Positions 38,155-47,258 of a stretch of DNA of 64,000 nt are shown one piece after another; within the stretch, counting starts at the first letter, position 1; each line of letters opens with the position of its first letter. Position numbers and translations under genes: made by a program. The stretch comes from a virus (lineage: Duplodnaviria > Caudoviricetes): the IMG/VR virus record IMGVR_UViG_3300022602_000004, positions 1,537 through 65,536 of that record; one strand, written 5' to 3'. The notes beneath the pieces are model-generated. The model ran no database searches and was not told the origin of the DNA. It was given only the letters and a program-made list of their open reading frames with translations.

Positions 38155-38940
38155 TTAGCTGCCGTTAGAAATTAACTTACCAATCACAATAACGCCAGCT
38201 GCAATACTTCCAGTATTTGTTTTTAATTGCCATTGAACATCAGATTTTTCTTGATACATAAATGGATCTGAAGACCTATTAGCTGTGTATATAGAAACGA
38301 ATGGTTGTTGCAACAGACTATAACTTACACCAGTAAGGTTGTTGCCAACTTGTACGTTGTAAGTAACAATAGTAGAGCCAGTATAACTATTTGAAGTATT
38401 TACTTCTACCCAGTCTAAATAGAAAGTATTGCCAGCTGGTACTGTATAAATTGTGCTTTGAGACTTACCAATACCAGCGTTAATTTGGGCAAGAATATTG
38501 GTAGTTTGCTTAACGGTAATTGTTCCAACGTTAGAAGTTTGACCAGAAGCTACGCCAACCATATTTAAACTATTAACTCTTAAATATTTATTTTGGGTTG
38601 TTACACCAGTTGTTCCATTTAATACAACAACTTCAGAAACTGGGTTAAAGTTTGCATCTAAACCATTGATAATAAAAGCGGCTGGGCTTACATCAGTTAC
38701 AGAGGTGCTAGAACAAGTTAATGTTGTAGCTGTAGTTGGGAAAGTGTAAGTTGTAGCATTTTCCCAAATAGGAATAGATGTTGCAGTTACGGCTGCTTGA
38801 TAGCCAAAAATACTTACAGTTTGATGACCAGCAATTTGACCACGTGCTACTTGTAAATCAAAAGGCTCAGTTTGACCTGAACGGGTAATCGACATTACCG
38901 AGTTATTAGTGCTCGGTATTCCACTTGGGCTTTGTGCCAT
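38155..38940 (-). CDS. Virion structural protein (beta-rich)
   Basis: FDLQVARGQIAGH, GLDANF, YTVPAG. Confidence 0.65.
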   Translation of the reverse strand: MAQSPSGIPSTNNSVMSITRSGQTEPFDLQVARGQIAGHQTVSIFGYQAAVTATSIPIWENATTYTFPTTATTLTCSSTSVTDVSPAAFIINGLDANFNPVSEVVVLNGTTGVTTQNKYLRVNSLNMVGVASGQTSNVGTITVKQTTNILAQINAGIGKSQSTIYTVPAGNTFYLDWVEVNTSNSYTGSTIVTYNVQVGNNLTGVSYSLLQQPFVSIYTANRSSDPFMYQEKSDVQWQLKTNTGSIAAGVIVIGKLISNGS

Positions 38941-38952
38941 ATTAATCTCCTA

Positions 38953-38980
38953 AAATTTAAAGAAGGGGACCGAAGTCCCC
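38953..38980 (-). terminator. Intrinsic terminator
   Basis: Minus strand GGGGAC-TTCG-GTCCCC followed by TTCTTT. Confidence 0.7.
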
Positions 38981-38991
38981 TAGGGAATTAA

Positions 38992-39693
38992 TTAGTCAAA
39001 GTTACCGTATGGGTAGGTTGTCGCATTACCAATGTTCATATCATTTTGTGCGTAACGTAAAGTTACTTCAATCTGACCAGAAGTTGGCGCTGTCAAACTA
39101 GAAGCAGTAATTGCCAAAGTAACAACAACTTGGCTAAACCATGCTGGCTCGTTACCGGGTTGCAAGTTTTGAACGTCTTGCAAAGTAGCTGCTGAATACT
39201 GAAGTTGTGTACCAACAAAAGTTGCTGTACCACGAGTTGCAGATGTAATTGCAGCCATAGTAGCGTATACGCCAGTAGAAGTAGCAAACTTGTTAGAAAC
39301 ATATGGCTGAATAGAAGTTGCAGTGTGTGTACCGTCAGTTGGTAATGTACCAACGTCAACGATTACATCAGAAATATTGCAAGAGTATGGGAGCCAAAAT
39401 ACTGCGCCACGATAAATAGTGCCAGCGGTATCAGCAGTTGGCAAAGTTGCAACTGTAGGACCAGTGTTGCTGTATTGACCAGACTGTGGATTGTAAATAA
39501 CAGCTTGGCTATTTGGAATGTTGTTAGATGCAACAAACTGTTGTGAACCACCGCCGTAGTTAGCAGTATTAGGAGTTGTTACAGCAAAATCCAAAAAAGC
39601 TGTTTGAGTTAAATCAGTATAGCCAACATCACGAAGAGGGCCAAAACGATTGGCGCCAGATAGAATTGGGCCACTGAAGGTAGAACGTGCCAT
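38992..39693 (-). CDS. Putative capsid decoration/minor head protein
   Basis: MARSTFSGPI start; first late gene downstream of the capsid; own RBS and terminator. Confidence 0.6.
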   Translation of the reverse strand: MARSTFSGPILSGANRFGPLRDVGYTDLTQTAFLDFAVTTPNTANYGGGSQQFVASNNIPNSQAVIYNPQSGQYSNTGPTVATLPTADTAGTIYRGAVFWLPYSCNISDVIVDVGTLPTDGTHTATSIQPYVSNKFATSTGVYATMAAITSATRGTATFVGTQLQYSAATLQDVQNLQPGNEPAWFSQVVVTLAITASSLTAPTSGQIEVTLRYAQNDMNIGNATTYPYGNFD

Positions 39694-39701
39694 GTTAAGT
39701 T

Positions 39702-39775
39702 TCCTTATGCAAAAGTCCCTGTACCAATCATTGCATTGTCTGCTGGGGCAGTCCGGTACAGGTAATCACCCAGAT
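39702..39775 (-). ncRNA. Double-pseudoknot leader RNA, probably Mu-gpT-DE-like motif
   Basis: Minus strand order CUGGG, CCUGUACC, CCCAG, AUGCAA, GGUACAGG, UUGCAU, then AAGGA (three crossing stems). Confidence 0.6.
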
Positions 39776-39796
39776 GTTGTAATTCTACACTAAAAA

Positions 39797-39826
39797 TTGC
39801 ATTTGCAAAATGTTTTAATATACAAT
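39797..39826 (+). promoter_or_regulatory. Sigma70-type promoter, probably leaderless, for the glycosyltransferase cassette
   Basis: TTGCAT-N18-TACAAT, ATG 7 nt after the -10, no SD. Confidence 0.55.
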
Positions 39827-39833
39827 CGGGCAA

Positions 39834-41384
39834 ATGAACAAAAACCTCACGAACCAGGTTCAAGTCCTATACAACCGAGCTTTAGCGCTAAAAAATCAAG
39901 GACAAGCACAGGCATCTTTAGCCGAGTGCGACAGAATACTAAGCATAGTACCAAAGCAGTTTGACGCCTTAATCTTAAAAGGTATTATTCTTGGTGAACA
40001 TGGTAAACAAATAGACGCACTTACTTTTTTTAATGATGCGTTAAGTGTCAAAAAAGACCCAGCAATTCTTAATAATAGGGCAAATATTTACCAGCAAATG
40101 AAGCAATTTGACCTTGCTATGGAAGATTATGACGCTGCAATTAAGTTAAATCCGCGGTTTTTAGAGGGTCATTATAATAAAGCAAACTGCTATAAAGAAC
40201 TAAATCAATACCGCGAAGCTATTATTTGGTACAAAAAAGCCTTAAAAATCAACCCTAAATACTTCCATGCTTGGAATAATATGGGGCTTTGCTGTCAGTC
40301 TATACAAGACTTTGAAGGTGCTTTAGCAGCTTGCCAAGAAGCAGTCAAGATTGAACCCAATAACTATGTAATCTATAACAACATGGGGTTTACCCTACAT
40401 GTGCTAATGCGCCTAGATGAGTCTATTGCAGCTTTTAAAAAATCCATAGAACTTAACCCAGAACAAACTGATTCCAAATTTAATATCGGGTTTGTTTATC
40501 TTTTAAAAGGTGATTTAGAAAAAGGCTGGGCTGGGCATGAAGAACGCTGGAAAAATAAGTACCGTCCCGCAGCTTTACCTAGAGTTTGGAATGGCGAGGA
40601 TTTAACAGGAAAGACCATTTATATTGTCCATGAACAAGGCTTGGGAGATACTATTCAGTTTATCCGCTACGCCAAGCAATTAAAGGCTGCGGGGACTGCT
40701 AAGATTATTGCGGGGGTTAAGCCAGAAATAGTTAAGTTGGTAAGCTCTATGCCCGAAATAGACGTTATTAACGCTGATCCTAAGTTTATTCCTGAGTATG
40801 ACTATCAGTGTCCTATGATGTCGCTCCCATATGTATTTAAGACTAGGGTTGACAATATTCCGTATCACAGATACTTTTCTGCAGATCCAGAAAAAGTAGC
40901 ATATTTTAATACCAAAATGGGACCAAAAACCCGATTACGAGTAGGATTAGTGTGGTCGGGCGGGTTTCGTGCGGATCAGCCAGAAATCTGGGCGGTTAAT
41001 GAAAGAAGAAATATTAAACCGGAAAAGCTAGCTGAAATATATAACCCTAATATTGAGTTTTTTAACCTGCAATTTGGTGCTAAAGAGTTACCTTTTCCTA
41101 TGGTTGATTTAATGCATGAGGTAAAAGATTTTTCAGACACGGCAGCTATTATTGAAAATCTGGACCTAGTTATTAGTGTAGATACTTCTACTGCCCACGT
41201 AGCAGGCGCTATGGGAAAAGAGGTGTGGATGCTTAACCGTTTTGATACTTGCTGGCGTTGGTTAGAAGACCGTAAAGACTCTCCTTGGTATCCTAGCTTT
41301 ACCATCTATCGCCAAGAAAAATTTAATAACTGGGATAACGTAGTTGCTGATATTAAAAGGGATTTAAATGCAAGAGCAAAATAG
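39834..41384 (+). CDS. TPR-repeat protein with C-terminal GT9-like (GT-B) glycosyltransferase domain
   Basis: About 6 TPRs; EQGLGDTIQFIRY; DLVISVDTSTAHVAGAMGK. Confidence 0.88.
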   Translation: MNKNLTNQVQVLYNRALALKNQGQAQASLAECDRILSIVPKQFDALILKGIILGEHGKQIDALTFFNDALSVKKDPAILNNRANIYQQMKQFDLAMEDYDAAIKLNPRFLEGHYNKANCYKELNQYREAIIWYKKALKINPKYFHAWNNMGLCCQSIQDFEGALAACQEAVKIEPNNYVIYNNMGFTLHVLMRLDESIAAFKKSIELNPEQTDSKFNIGFVYLLKGDLEKGWAGHEERWKNKYRPAALPRVWNGEDLTGKTIYIVHEQGLGDTIQFIRYAKQLKAAGTAKIIAGVKPEIVKLVSSMPEIDVINADPKFIPEYDYQCPMMSLPYVFKTRVDNIPYHRYFSADPEKVAYFNTKMGPKTRLRVGLVWSGGFRADQPEIWAVNERRNIKPEKLAEIYNPNIEFFNLQFGAKELPFPMVDLMHEVKDFSDTAAIIENLDLVISVDTSTAHVAGAMGKEVWMLNRFDTCWRWLEDRKDSPWYPSFTIYRQEKFNNWDNVVADIKRDLNARAK

Positions 41385-42135
41385 CCCGCTTTTTTATAGC
41401 GAAGGTGGGGTCGGAGATACACTTCAACATTTACCTTTTATGGTGCTAAATAAAAAAGCTCGCTACTGTATGATGAATCATTACAAAGGTGCTAAAGAAC
41501 TTTTAAAGTACTTAGGCATAAAACCTGAGCATACATTTCATTACAAAACGGACATACAAAAATTAGAACTGTTAAAAGGCATGGGTTTAAAAGAACCTAT
41601 GCAACAGGTGCCTAGAACAAAATATTTTAGTTCCAATCCGTTCCCACAGCAAAAACCTTTGTTTACTAACGGTAAACCCGTAGTCGGCGTGCATTTATGT
41701 GGTAGTAAGTTTTCTTCGGATCAATATATTAAAAATGGTGTAGCAACTAAAACTATTCCATCTAGCATTATTAAAGACTTAAATGACTATAACGTTATAG
41801 TTTTTGGACTTCCGGAAGAAGTTAGTAGGTTAAATTTAAAACAATCCGACACCTTAAAAACAATAACTTTTTTAGATATAGCTAAAAGCCTATCTTATGT
41901 AGGGCAATGTGCGGCTGTAATCGGCGCTGATAGTTCTATAAAAACTATGAGTTCAATGCTCAAAATACCAACCTTTGTTTGGGTGTCAGACCACGCAGAC
42001 TATTTTAGAGACGCTGTATTTATTAACCCTTATGTAGACGATGGGGTAATAAAGGTATTTAGGTATAAAAATGCTTTTGCACAACGGCATGATGGCATGA
42101 ACGCGACCCACGAATTTTTAAAAGGAGTTTTATGA
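41368..42135 (+). CDS. GT9/heptosyltransferase-like glycosyltransferase
   Basis: GGVGDTLQHLP, VVGVH, VIGADSSIKTMSSMLKIPT. Confidence 0.65.
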   Translation: MQEQNSPLFYSEGGVGDTLQHLPFMVLNKKARYCMMNHYKGAKELLKYLGIKPEHTFHYKTDIQKLELLKGMGLKEPMQQVPRTKYFSSNPFPQQKPLFTNGKPVVGVHLCGSKFSSDQYIKNGVATKTIPSSIIKDLNDYNVIVFGLPEEVSRLNLKQSDTLKTITFLDIAKSLSYVGQCAAVIGADSSIKTMSSMLKIPTFVWVSDHADYFRDAVFINPYVDDGVIKVFRYKNAFAQRHDGMNATHEFLKGVL

Positions 42136-42833
42136 ACTACGTTATATCTTTAACACGCACCCCAGAACGTCTTAATTCGTTTTTAAACAATAACCAACAT
42201 ATGGATTTTCAGATATTTGATGCTATAGATGGTACGGATTTACAGCCTTTTGGTCAATATAATAAGTACGCCCGCGCGAACGCATTATCTCATATTGCTC
42301 TTTGGAAAAAGTGCGCCTCTGGCAACGAAGATTTTTTAATTTGTGAAGATGATGCTGAACTGCATAAAGACTTGCAAAGAGCTTTGAATGGTTTAAAAGA
42401 AGCTAAACACCCTTATGATTTTATTGCGTGGGGGTGGAATTTCGATGCTGAACTTTTTGCCAGTATTTTCCCAACGCTAAGTCCAGTTAGTATGCGGTTT
42501 AGTCCACAACATATGGGAAAGAATAAACAAACTTATCTTAATACTCCAGTAGACCCTGTGTTTATGCAATTACACTATTTGTTTGGTAGCTGTTGTTATT
42601 CAATCAGTCCAGAAGGAGCTAAAAGATTTTTGGAGATTTTAAACCCGTTAACAGAAGTAGTTACCGCGGAAATACCAGATATTAGAACTTGGAGTTTTCA
42701 ACCACCCGGCATGGATTGCGCTATGGCTGCAGCGTTTGCTAAAACACTAAGCGTAGTTTGTTTTCCGCCACTGGCATTAACTATGAACGACCACACAATT
42801 AGTACGGTACATGGCAAATATGACCAAGCTTAA
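42132..42833 (+). CDS. Glycosyltransferase family 25
   Basis: YVISLTRTPERL, FDAIDG, LSHIALWKK, ICEDDA. Confidence 0.85.
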   Translation: MNYVISLTRTPERLNSFLNNNQHMDFQIFDAIDGTDLQPFGQYNKYARANALSHIALWKKCASGNEDFLICEDDAELHKDLQRALNGLKEAKHPYDFIAWGWNFDAELFASIFPTLSPVSMRFSPQHMGKNKQTYLNTPVDPVFMQLHYLFGSCCYSISPEGAKRFLEILNPLTEVVTAEIPDIRTWSFQPPGMDCAMAAAFAKTLSVVCFPPLALTMNDHTISTVHGKYDQA

Positions 42834-43374
42834 TTTAGGTTGTGGGGGCAACATCTTTCCGGGGTATGTCAACGTAGGTTTTGAAGATGGTAAAGAAGAC
42901 TCTGAGTTGTATATGAATTGCGACTTAAGTAAGGATTTTCCATTTAAAGACGTAGACGTTATTTACAACTGCCATTTTTTAGAACATTTAAGTTATTACG
43001 ACGGGATTGAGTTTTTACGTAAGTGTTACGCAGCCATGAATGATGGGGCAGTTATGCGCATTGTGGTTCCTGATTTGGCTTTGTGGTGTTTGAAATATTT
43101 ACAGCATGATAGGGCGTTTTTGGATGCATATCGCAACGCTTATCTTGGTCCTGACTATCCTACAGACGGTTCAATCTTTATGGGTATGCTACACAATCAT
43201 GGGCATAAGATGGGTTGGGATTATGAAACGCTATACTTTTTACTAACATGGTGTGGGTTTAAAGAAGTAAAACAAACTAAATATCGTGAAAGTTGTCTAA
43301 CAGATATTGATATGTTAGAGCCAGTTAATCCTGGTAGGGAACTAGAAAGCCTTTGCGTAGAGTGTTATAAATAA
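42811..43374 (+). CDS. SAM-dependent methyltransferase (type 11-like)
   Basis: KLNLGCG, HFLEHL, MRIVVPD. Confidence 0.85.
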   Translation: MANMTKLNLGCGGNIFPGYVNVGFEDGKEDSELYMNCDLSKDFPFKDVDVIYNCHFLEHLSYYDGIEFLRKCYAAMNDGAVMRIVVPDLALWCLKYLQHDRAFLDAYRNAYLGPDYPTDGSIFMGMLHNHGHKMGWDYETLYFLLTWCGFKEVKQTKYRESCLTDIDMLEPVNPGRELESLCVECYK

Positions 43375-43405
43375 AAAACCCCGCCTTGTGAGCGGGGTTC
43401 TTGTT
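43373..43405. terminator. Bidirectional terminator between the cassette and the capsid gene
   Basis: A-run, AACCCCGC-loop-GCGGGGTT, CTTGTT. Confidence 0.75.
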
Positions 43406-43418
43406 GGGGCTTACTAGA

Positions 43419-44321
43419 TTAGTAAGAACCGTAGATTCCCAAAGGATCAGAAACACCGAAGGAATAACGCTCACGAGACTTGTAACGTACGTTACCAGTA
43501 TCAAAGTCGCCGTCCATGCTGTTCTGCAATGGGATACGAACAAAGTGCTTCAAACCGTTTGGAACATCAGTGGTCAAGAACCATGCATTGGTTGCGGTCA
43601 AGAAGTGGTTAATTGTGTAACCTTCTGGAACAGAACCGTTGTTCTTAATTGCATTGATGTCGTTGTTGTTAGTACCAACACGGAGTTCAGTGTCGAGCAA
43701 ACGAGTTGCAACGAACTGGAGTGCAGGTGGAACAACTAACTTCTTAGGTTTAGCAGCGATCAACAGACCACGCTCATCAGTCCAAGCAGCGATTTGAATA
43801 ACAGCATTTTCCAACGCGGTTTCATTCAAGTCAGCAGGAGTAGATGGAGTGTTGGCGTTAACACCGCCAGAAATCAAAGGATGTGCGGTAGAGAACAAAG
43901 GCTGGCCGTCACCGTAGGTAACTTGGCTGTTAAAACCGTTGTTCAAAACTGCAGCAGCTTTAACCTGTTTGGTGTAAGCCATAGCACGAGCTAAGCCTTT
44001 GGTGTAGCGAGCAGATAAAGAATCATAGAGGTTGTCCTCGATTGCCTCTTCTGTCAAGCTAAAGCCAAGAGCAATAGTTTCGTGGTTGTAACGTGCAGTC
44101 CATGCTTCTTGCGCGTTGTCGTAAGCGATGGCTTGGCCTTCGTTCTTGACTGGTGCAGCGCTAAAGCCGGACAGTTTTGTTTCTTCTTCAAAAGAACGCT
44201 CAGAGGTCTCAGTTTCATAGATCTCTTTGTGTTCTTCACCGTAGCGAGCATACTCAAGTCCGAACAAAGCGTTCAAGCCTGGGAGCAACTCTTTCAGTAG
44301 TTGTGCGCGTGAAATAGCCAT
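43419..44321 (-). CDS. Major capsid protein (Mu gpT-like / HK97 fold)
   Basis: MAISRAQLLKELLPGLNALFGLEY, PKKLVVPPAL, RERYSFG; strong RBS and terminator. Confidence 0.88.
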   Translation of the reverse strand: MAISRAQLLKELLPGLNALFGLEYARYGEEHKEIYETETSERSFEEETKLSGFSAAPVKNEGQAIAYDNAQEAWTARYNHETIALGFSLTEEAIEDNLYDSLSARYTKGLARAMAYTKQVKAAAVLNNGFNSQVTYGDGQPLFSTAHPLISGGVNANTPSTPADLNETALENAVIQIAAWTDERGLLIAAKPKKLVVPPALQFVATRLLDTELRVGTNNNDINAIKNNGSVPEGYTINHFLTATNAWFLTTDVPNGLKHFVRIPLQNSMDGDFDTGNVRYKSRERYSFGVSDPLGIYGSY

Positions 44322-44335
44322 TATTTAGCTCCTAA

Positions 44336-45208
44336 TTAAACGCCAGTGGCATTGAAGTAGCTATGGTAACCGAAGTTCCATGTTACTAATGCTTCTGGGT
44401 AGCCAGTGAATGAGAACTGCGCTGCAGTAGATTGAGCTGTTGTAACTGCTTGGCTCAAAGTAACTGTAGTGCCGTTTACGGATGTAACCCAAGTATTGGA
44501 ACCAGCGTTAATGCCAGGACCAGCTACTACCATACCTGCTTGTAAACCGGTAACAGCAGCAGATAAAGTCAAAGTTGTGGAGCTGGTTGTGCCAGTGCCG
44601 GTAACAGTGACAGCAGATGCTGTAACAAGTTGGACAATACGGAATGGAGCGGTTGTAGTTAATGGGCTAGCTACGCCAGTACCAATAGCGGTAGTAGCAA
44701 TAGCGATACCAGCAGATGAATCACCAGTAGTTGTTGAGCCAGTGTTACTATTAGCGTTACCAAGGTAGTAAGCATTAGAACCAATGAAAGCTGGGTTAAT
44801 GTACTGAATGGTAGAGCTGTTAGAACCTTGGGACAATACAACTGCTTGGAATACTGCTTGTGGATCATCTACAACGTAACCAATTGCGTCAGGAGCGGTT
44901 GTGCCGGCCTGATAGAACTGATAACGGTTTTTACCGTAGATAGGACCACCTGTTGTTGAATATTCGCAACCAACGAAAACGCCGATAGTACCAGCAGTAC
45001 CACCGTTAGCGGTTGTTGGGGCTAGAGTTGAAGCAACCAGTGTGCCTGCTGCTGTGCCAACACCAATTTGAACAACGTCGCCGTTGAACAAGCTAGTAGC
45101 ATAGCCATTGTAGATCGGAAACATGCGGGTAGAACCAGCAAATACACGACCACCAATGAGGTTAACTGGCTTTAGTCCGTAAGGACCTTGTACTGTAGGA
45201 TAAGCCAT
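44336..45208 (-). CDS. Minor capsid/head decoration protein
   Basis: PYGLKPV, FNGDVV, GVFVGCEY, VVDDP; directly upstream of the capsid gene. Confidence 0.65.
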   Translation of the reverse strand: MAYPTVQGPYGLKPVNLIGGRVFAGSTRMFPIYNGYATSLFNGDVVQIGVGTAAGTLVASTLAPTTANGGTAGTIGVFVGCEYSTTGGPIYGKNRYQFYQAGTTAPDAIGYVVDDPQAVFQAVVLSQGSNSSTIQYINPAFIGSNAYYLGNANSNTGSTTTGDSSAGIAIATTAIGTGVASPLTTTAPFRIVQLVTASAVTVTGTGTTSSTTLTLSAAVTGLQAGMVVAGPGINAGSNTWVTSVNGTTVTLSQAVTTAQSTAAQFSFTGYPEALVTWNFGYHSYFNATGV

Positions 45209-45224
45209 TTAAATCTCCTAAAAA

Positions 45225-45677
45225 TTATTGAGAACCACTTCCAAACGTAACAGTAGACTTCCGCTCCATAAAGATTGGCATTCTAGAGTCACTTTGGCGC
45301 ATTAAATTATTGTCTACAGCCTCTGCCTGTTGAGATGTTTGTTTAGCTTCGTAGTCCATACGTTGCTGCACTAACTCTTCAGGGATTTTGCAGAGCAATA
45401 ACCCGCCAATCTCGATATTGTCTTTATATTGACCTTCGCGACTAGCTAACAGTTTATATTTTGGTTGTTCGTCTACATGGACAGGTTCCCAACCCTCACG
45501 AAATTTCGCAGAAATATTGCGGGGATCAGCATTGTTCAACATGGATACACGAATCCAGCGATAGGCATAACCAGCCTGTTTATCAGGCTCAGGGAGAAGT
45601 TCAGGTGGCATCCACTGTTTAGGACGCTCTGTAATTTCACGGTTTTCCATCTCACGTTTTAATCTATTTGTTGCCAT
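45225..45677 (-). CDS. Conserved head-module protein
   Basis: GYAYRWIR, REGWEPV, IGGLLLCKIP. Confidence 0.7.
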   Translation of the reverse strand: MATNRLKREMENREITERPKQWMPPELLPEPDKQAGYAYRWIRVSMLNNADPRNISAKFREGWEPVHVDEQPKYKLLASREGQYKDNIEIGGLLLCKIPEELVQQRMDYEAKQTSQQAEAVDNNLMRQSDSRMPIFMERKSTVTFGSGSQ

Positions 45678-45679
45678 TT

Positions 45680-46645
45680 TTAGGCCTCCAATTTGCTAAG
45701 TTCACGGGCGTACTGCTCAGGGGATAAGCCAAGTTTCTTTGACAGAGCCACCTGCGTTTTGGTTAATACAATCTTTTTGGAAGATGTACTGCGCTTCGCG
45801 GGAGCCACGACCGTACTTAATTTCGTACGCTGAGGTTTCTCGTCCTCATCGTTTCTTACCACTTCGCCAAATTCCTCCGGGAATCGACGTTTTACTTCTT
45901 TGTCGATAGACTTATAGTACTCATCGGTACCAACAAAGCCCATACCATATTTCTCTTGTAGTTCTTCGTGGACACCCTCAGCATATTTGCGCATCGACTT
46001 CTTAGCCGGATCTACAAACCACTGATTACGTGATACCCATTCAGCAACTTTAGGGTCCATCTGCTGTTGAGCAGCTGGTCTTTGTTGTATTTGTACATCA
46101 TTTTCCAGTTTTTGTACAGTATTTTTAAACTTCTTTGACTTATCCAGCTTGATTTGAGCCTTCATTAACTGCTCTTGAGCTTCTAATAGCTTATCAGCAT
46201 CACCAGAGTCATAAGCTTCCTTATATTCTCGTTTGGCTTTTTCTAATTCAGCTTTAGCAGTTGACTTATAACTATCATTTAGCTCTTTTTCACCATAATG
46301 AATTGCGTTTTTAAGGCGTTTATTTTCATCAAGGATAGCTTGCGCTGCTTTTAAGGCTTCTTGCTGCTCGCGTAGGGCTGCTTCTTTAGCACGTCTTTCT
46401 TCGTGCCAAGCCTTTTTATACTGGGCAAACTTTTCTTTTACGTTTTTAGAGTATTCTTCAGACTCATCTAAAGCCTCTAGTTGTTCCTTAGCTTCTGGGT
46501 CTAGTGGCTTTCTATTGCGGTCTTCTTTAGGAGTGTCGTCAACAATCTCAACGCTAAACTCCTCTTCATCCAATGTATCTACAGCTGTATCTACGGGTTT
46601 ACCCTGATCTTCCATTTCATCAGGAAATTTGAATTCTTCTGGCAT
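45680..46645 (-). CDS. Capsid scaffolding protein
   Basis: Acidic N-terminus, long coiled coil, C-terminal KLGLSPEQYA. Confidence 0.7.
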   Translation of the reverse strand: MPEEFKFPDEMEDQGKPVDTAVDTLDEEEFSVEIVDDTPKEDRNRKPLDPEAKEQLEALDESEEYSKNVKEKFAQYKKAWHEERRAKEAALREQQEALKAAQAILDENKRLKNAIHYGEKELNDSYKSTAKAELEKAKREYKEAYDSGDADKLLEAQEQLMKAQIKLDKSKKFKNTVQKLENDVQIQQRPAAQQQMDPKVAEWVSRNQWFVDPAKKSMRKYAEGVHEELQEKYGMGFVGTDEYYKSIDKEVKRRFPEEFGEVVRNDEDEKPQRTKLSTVVAPAKRSTSSKKIVLTKTQVALSKKLGLSPEQYARELSKLEA

Positions 46646-46654
46646 ATATACTCC

Positions 46655-47068
46655 TTAAATAAATTTACGTGTAATGCCGCGTGGGTCTTGAACTACAGCC
46701 TCTACGGAATCGTCATTAATAATGCGGAACTCACGACCGTGAATTACTAAGCGTGTACCAGCATTGGGGCGTGTCAGGACAAAATCACCTTCTTGACAAT
46801 ACGCTCCAGTTGGAAAACGCTCTGGGTCTTTATAGCAATCTGGTCCCATCTTGACCACAAAAAGAACTGTGGTTAGAAGTTCGTCATGCCGACGAGTTTC
46901 GTCTGATTTAAGGATGCCACTATCAAAAGCTTCTTCTGCTTCTGGGATTGCGCACAAAATGCGATATCCTTTTGGCTCGGGAAGTTGTTTGGCTTTCTCT
47001 TCTGCTTCTCTCATTACTGCTCGTAAGTCAATCGCTTGACTTAAATCTACTACCGTTTGGTCACTCAT
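46655..47068 (-). CDS. groES: GroES-like co-chaperonin
   Basis: PKGYRILC...SGIL...VVKMGP...GDFVL...FRIINDDSVEAVV. Confidence 0.8.
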   Translation of the reverse strand: MSDQTVVDLSQAIDLRAVMREAEEKAKQLPEPKGYRILCAIPEAEEAFDSGILKSDETRRHDELLTTVLFVVKMGPDCYKDPERFPTGAYCQEGDFVLTRPNAGTRLVIHGREFRIINDDSVEAVVQDPRGITRKFI

Positions 47069-47258
47069 CGGAGTTCTCCATAGTTTTATTAAGGTCAGTT
47101 ATAAAGTTTCGTGCGGCAAAGAGACCTTTTACTTCTCCGCATACTTTTTTGTAGTCTTCAATCGTCTTACAGTTGTCGTCTGCTAAGCTTTCTTGAAGTT
47201 GCAAAATCCGTTCATCTAGTTGTCGTACTATATGACTTAAAGCCTGGTGGGCATCCAT
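47061..47258 (-). CDS. Small head-module protein
   Basis: YKKVCGEVKGL motif; between portal and GroES. Confidence 0.7.
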   Translation of the reverse strand: MDAHQALSHIVRQLDERILQLQESLADDNCKTIEDYKKVCGEVKGLFAARNFITDLNKTMENSDE

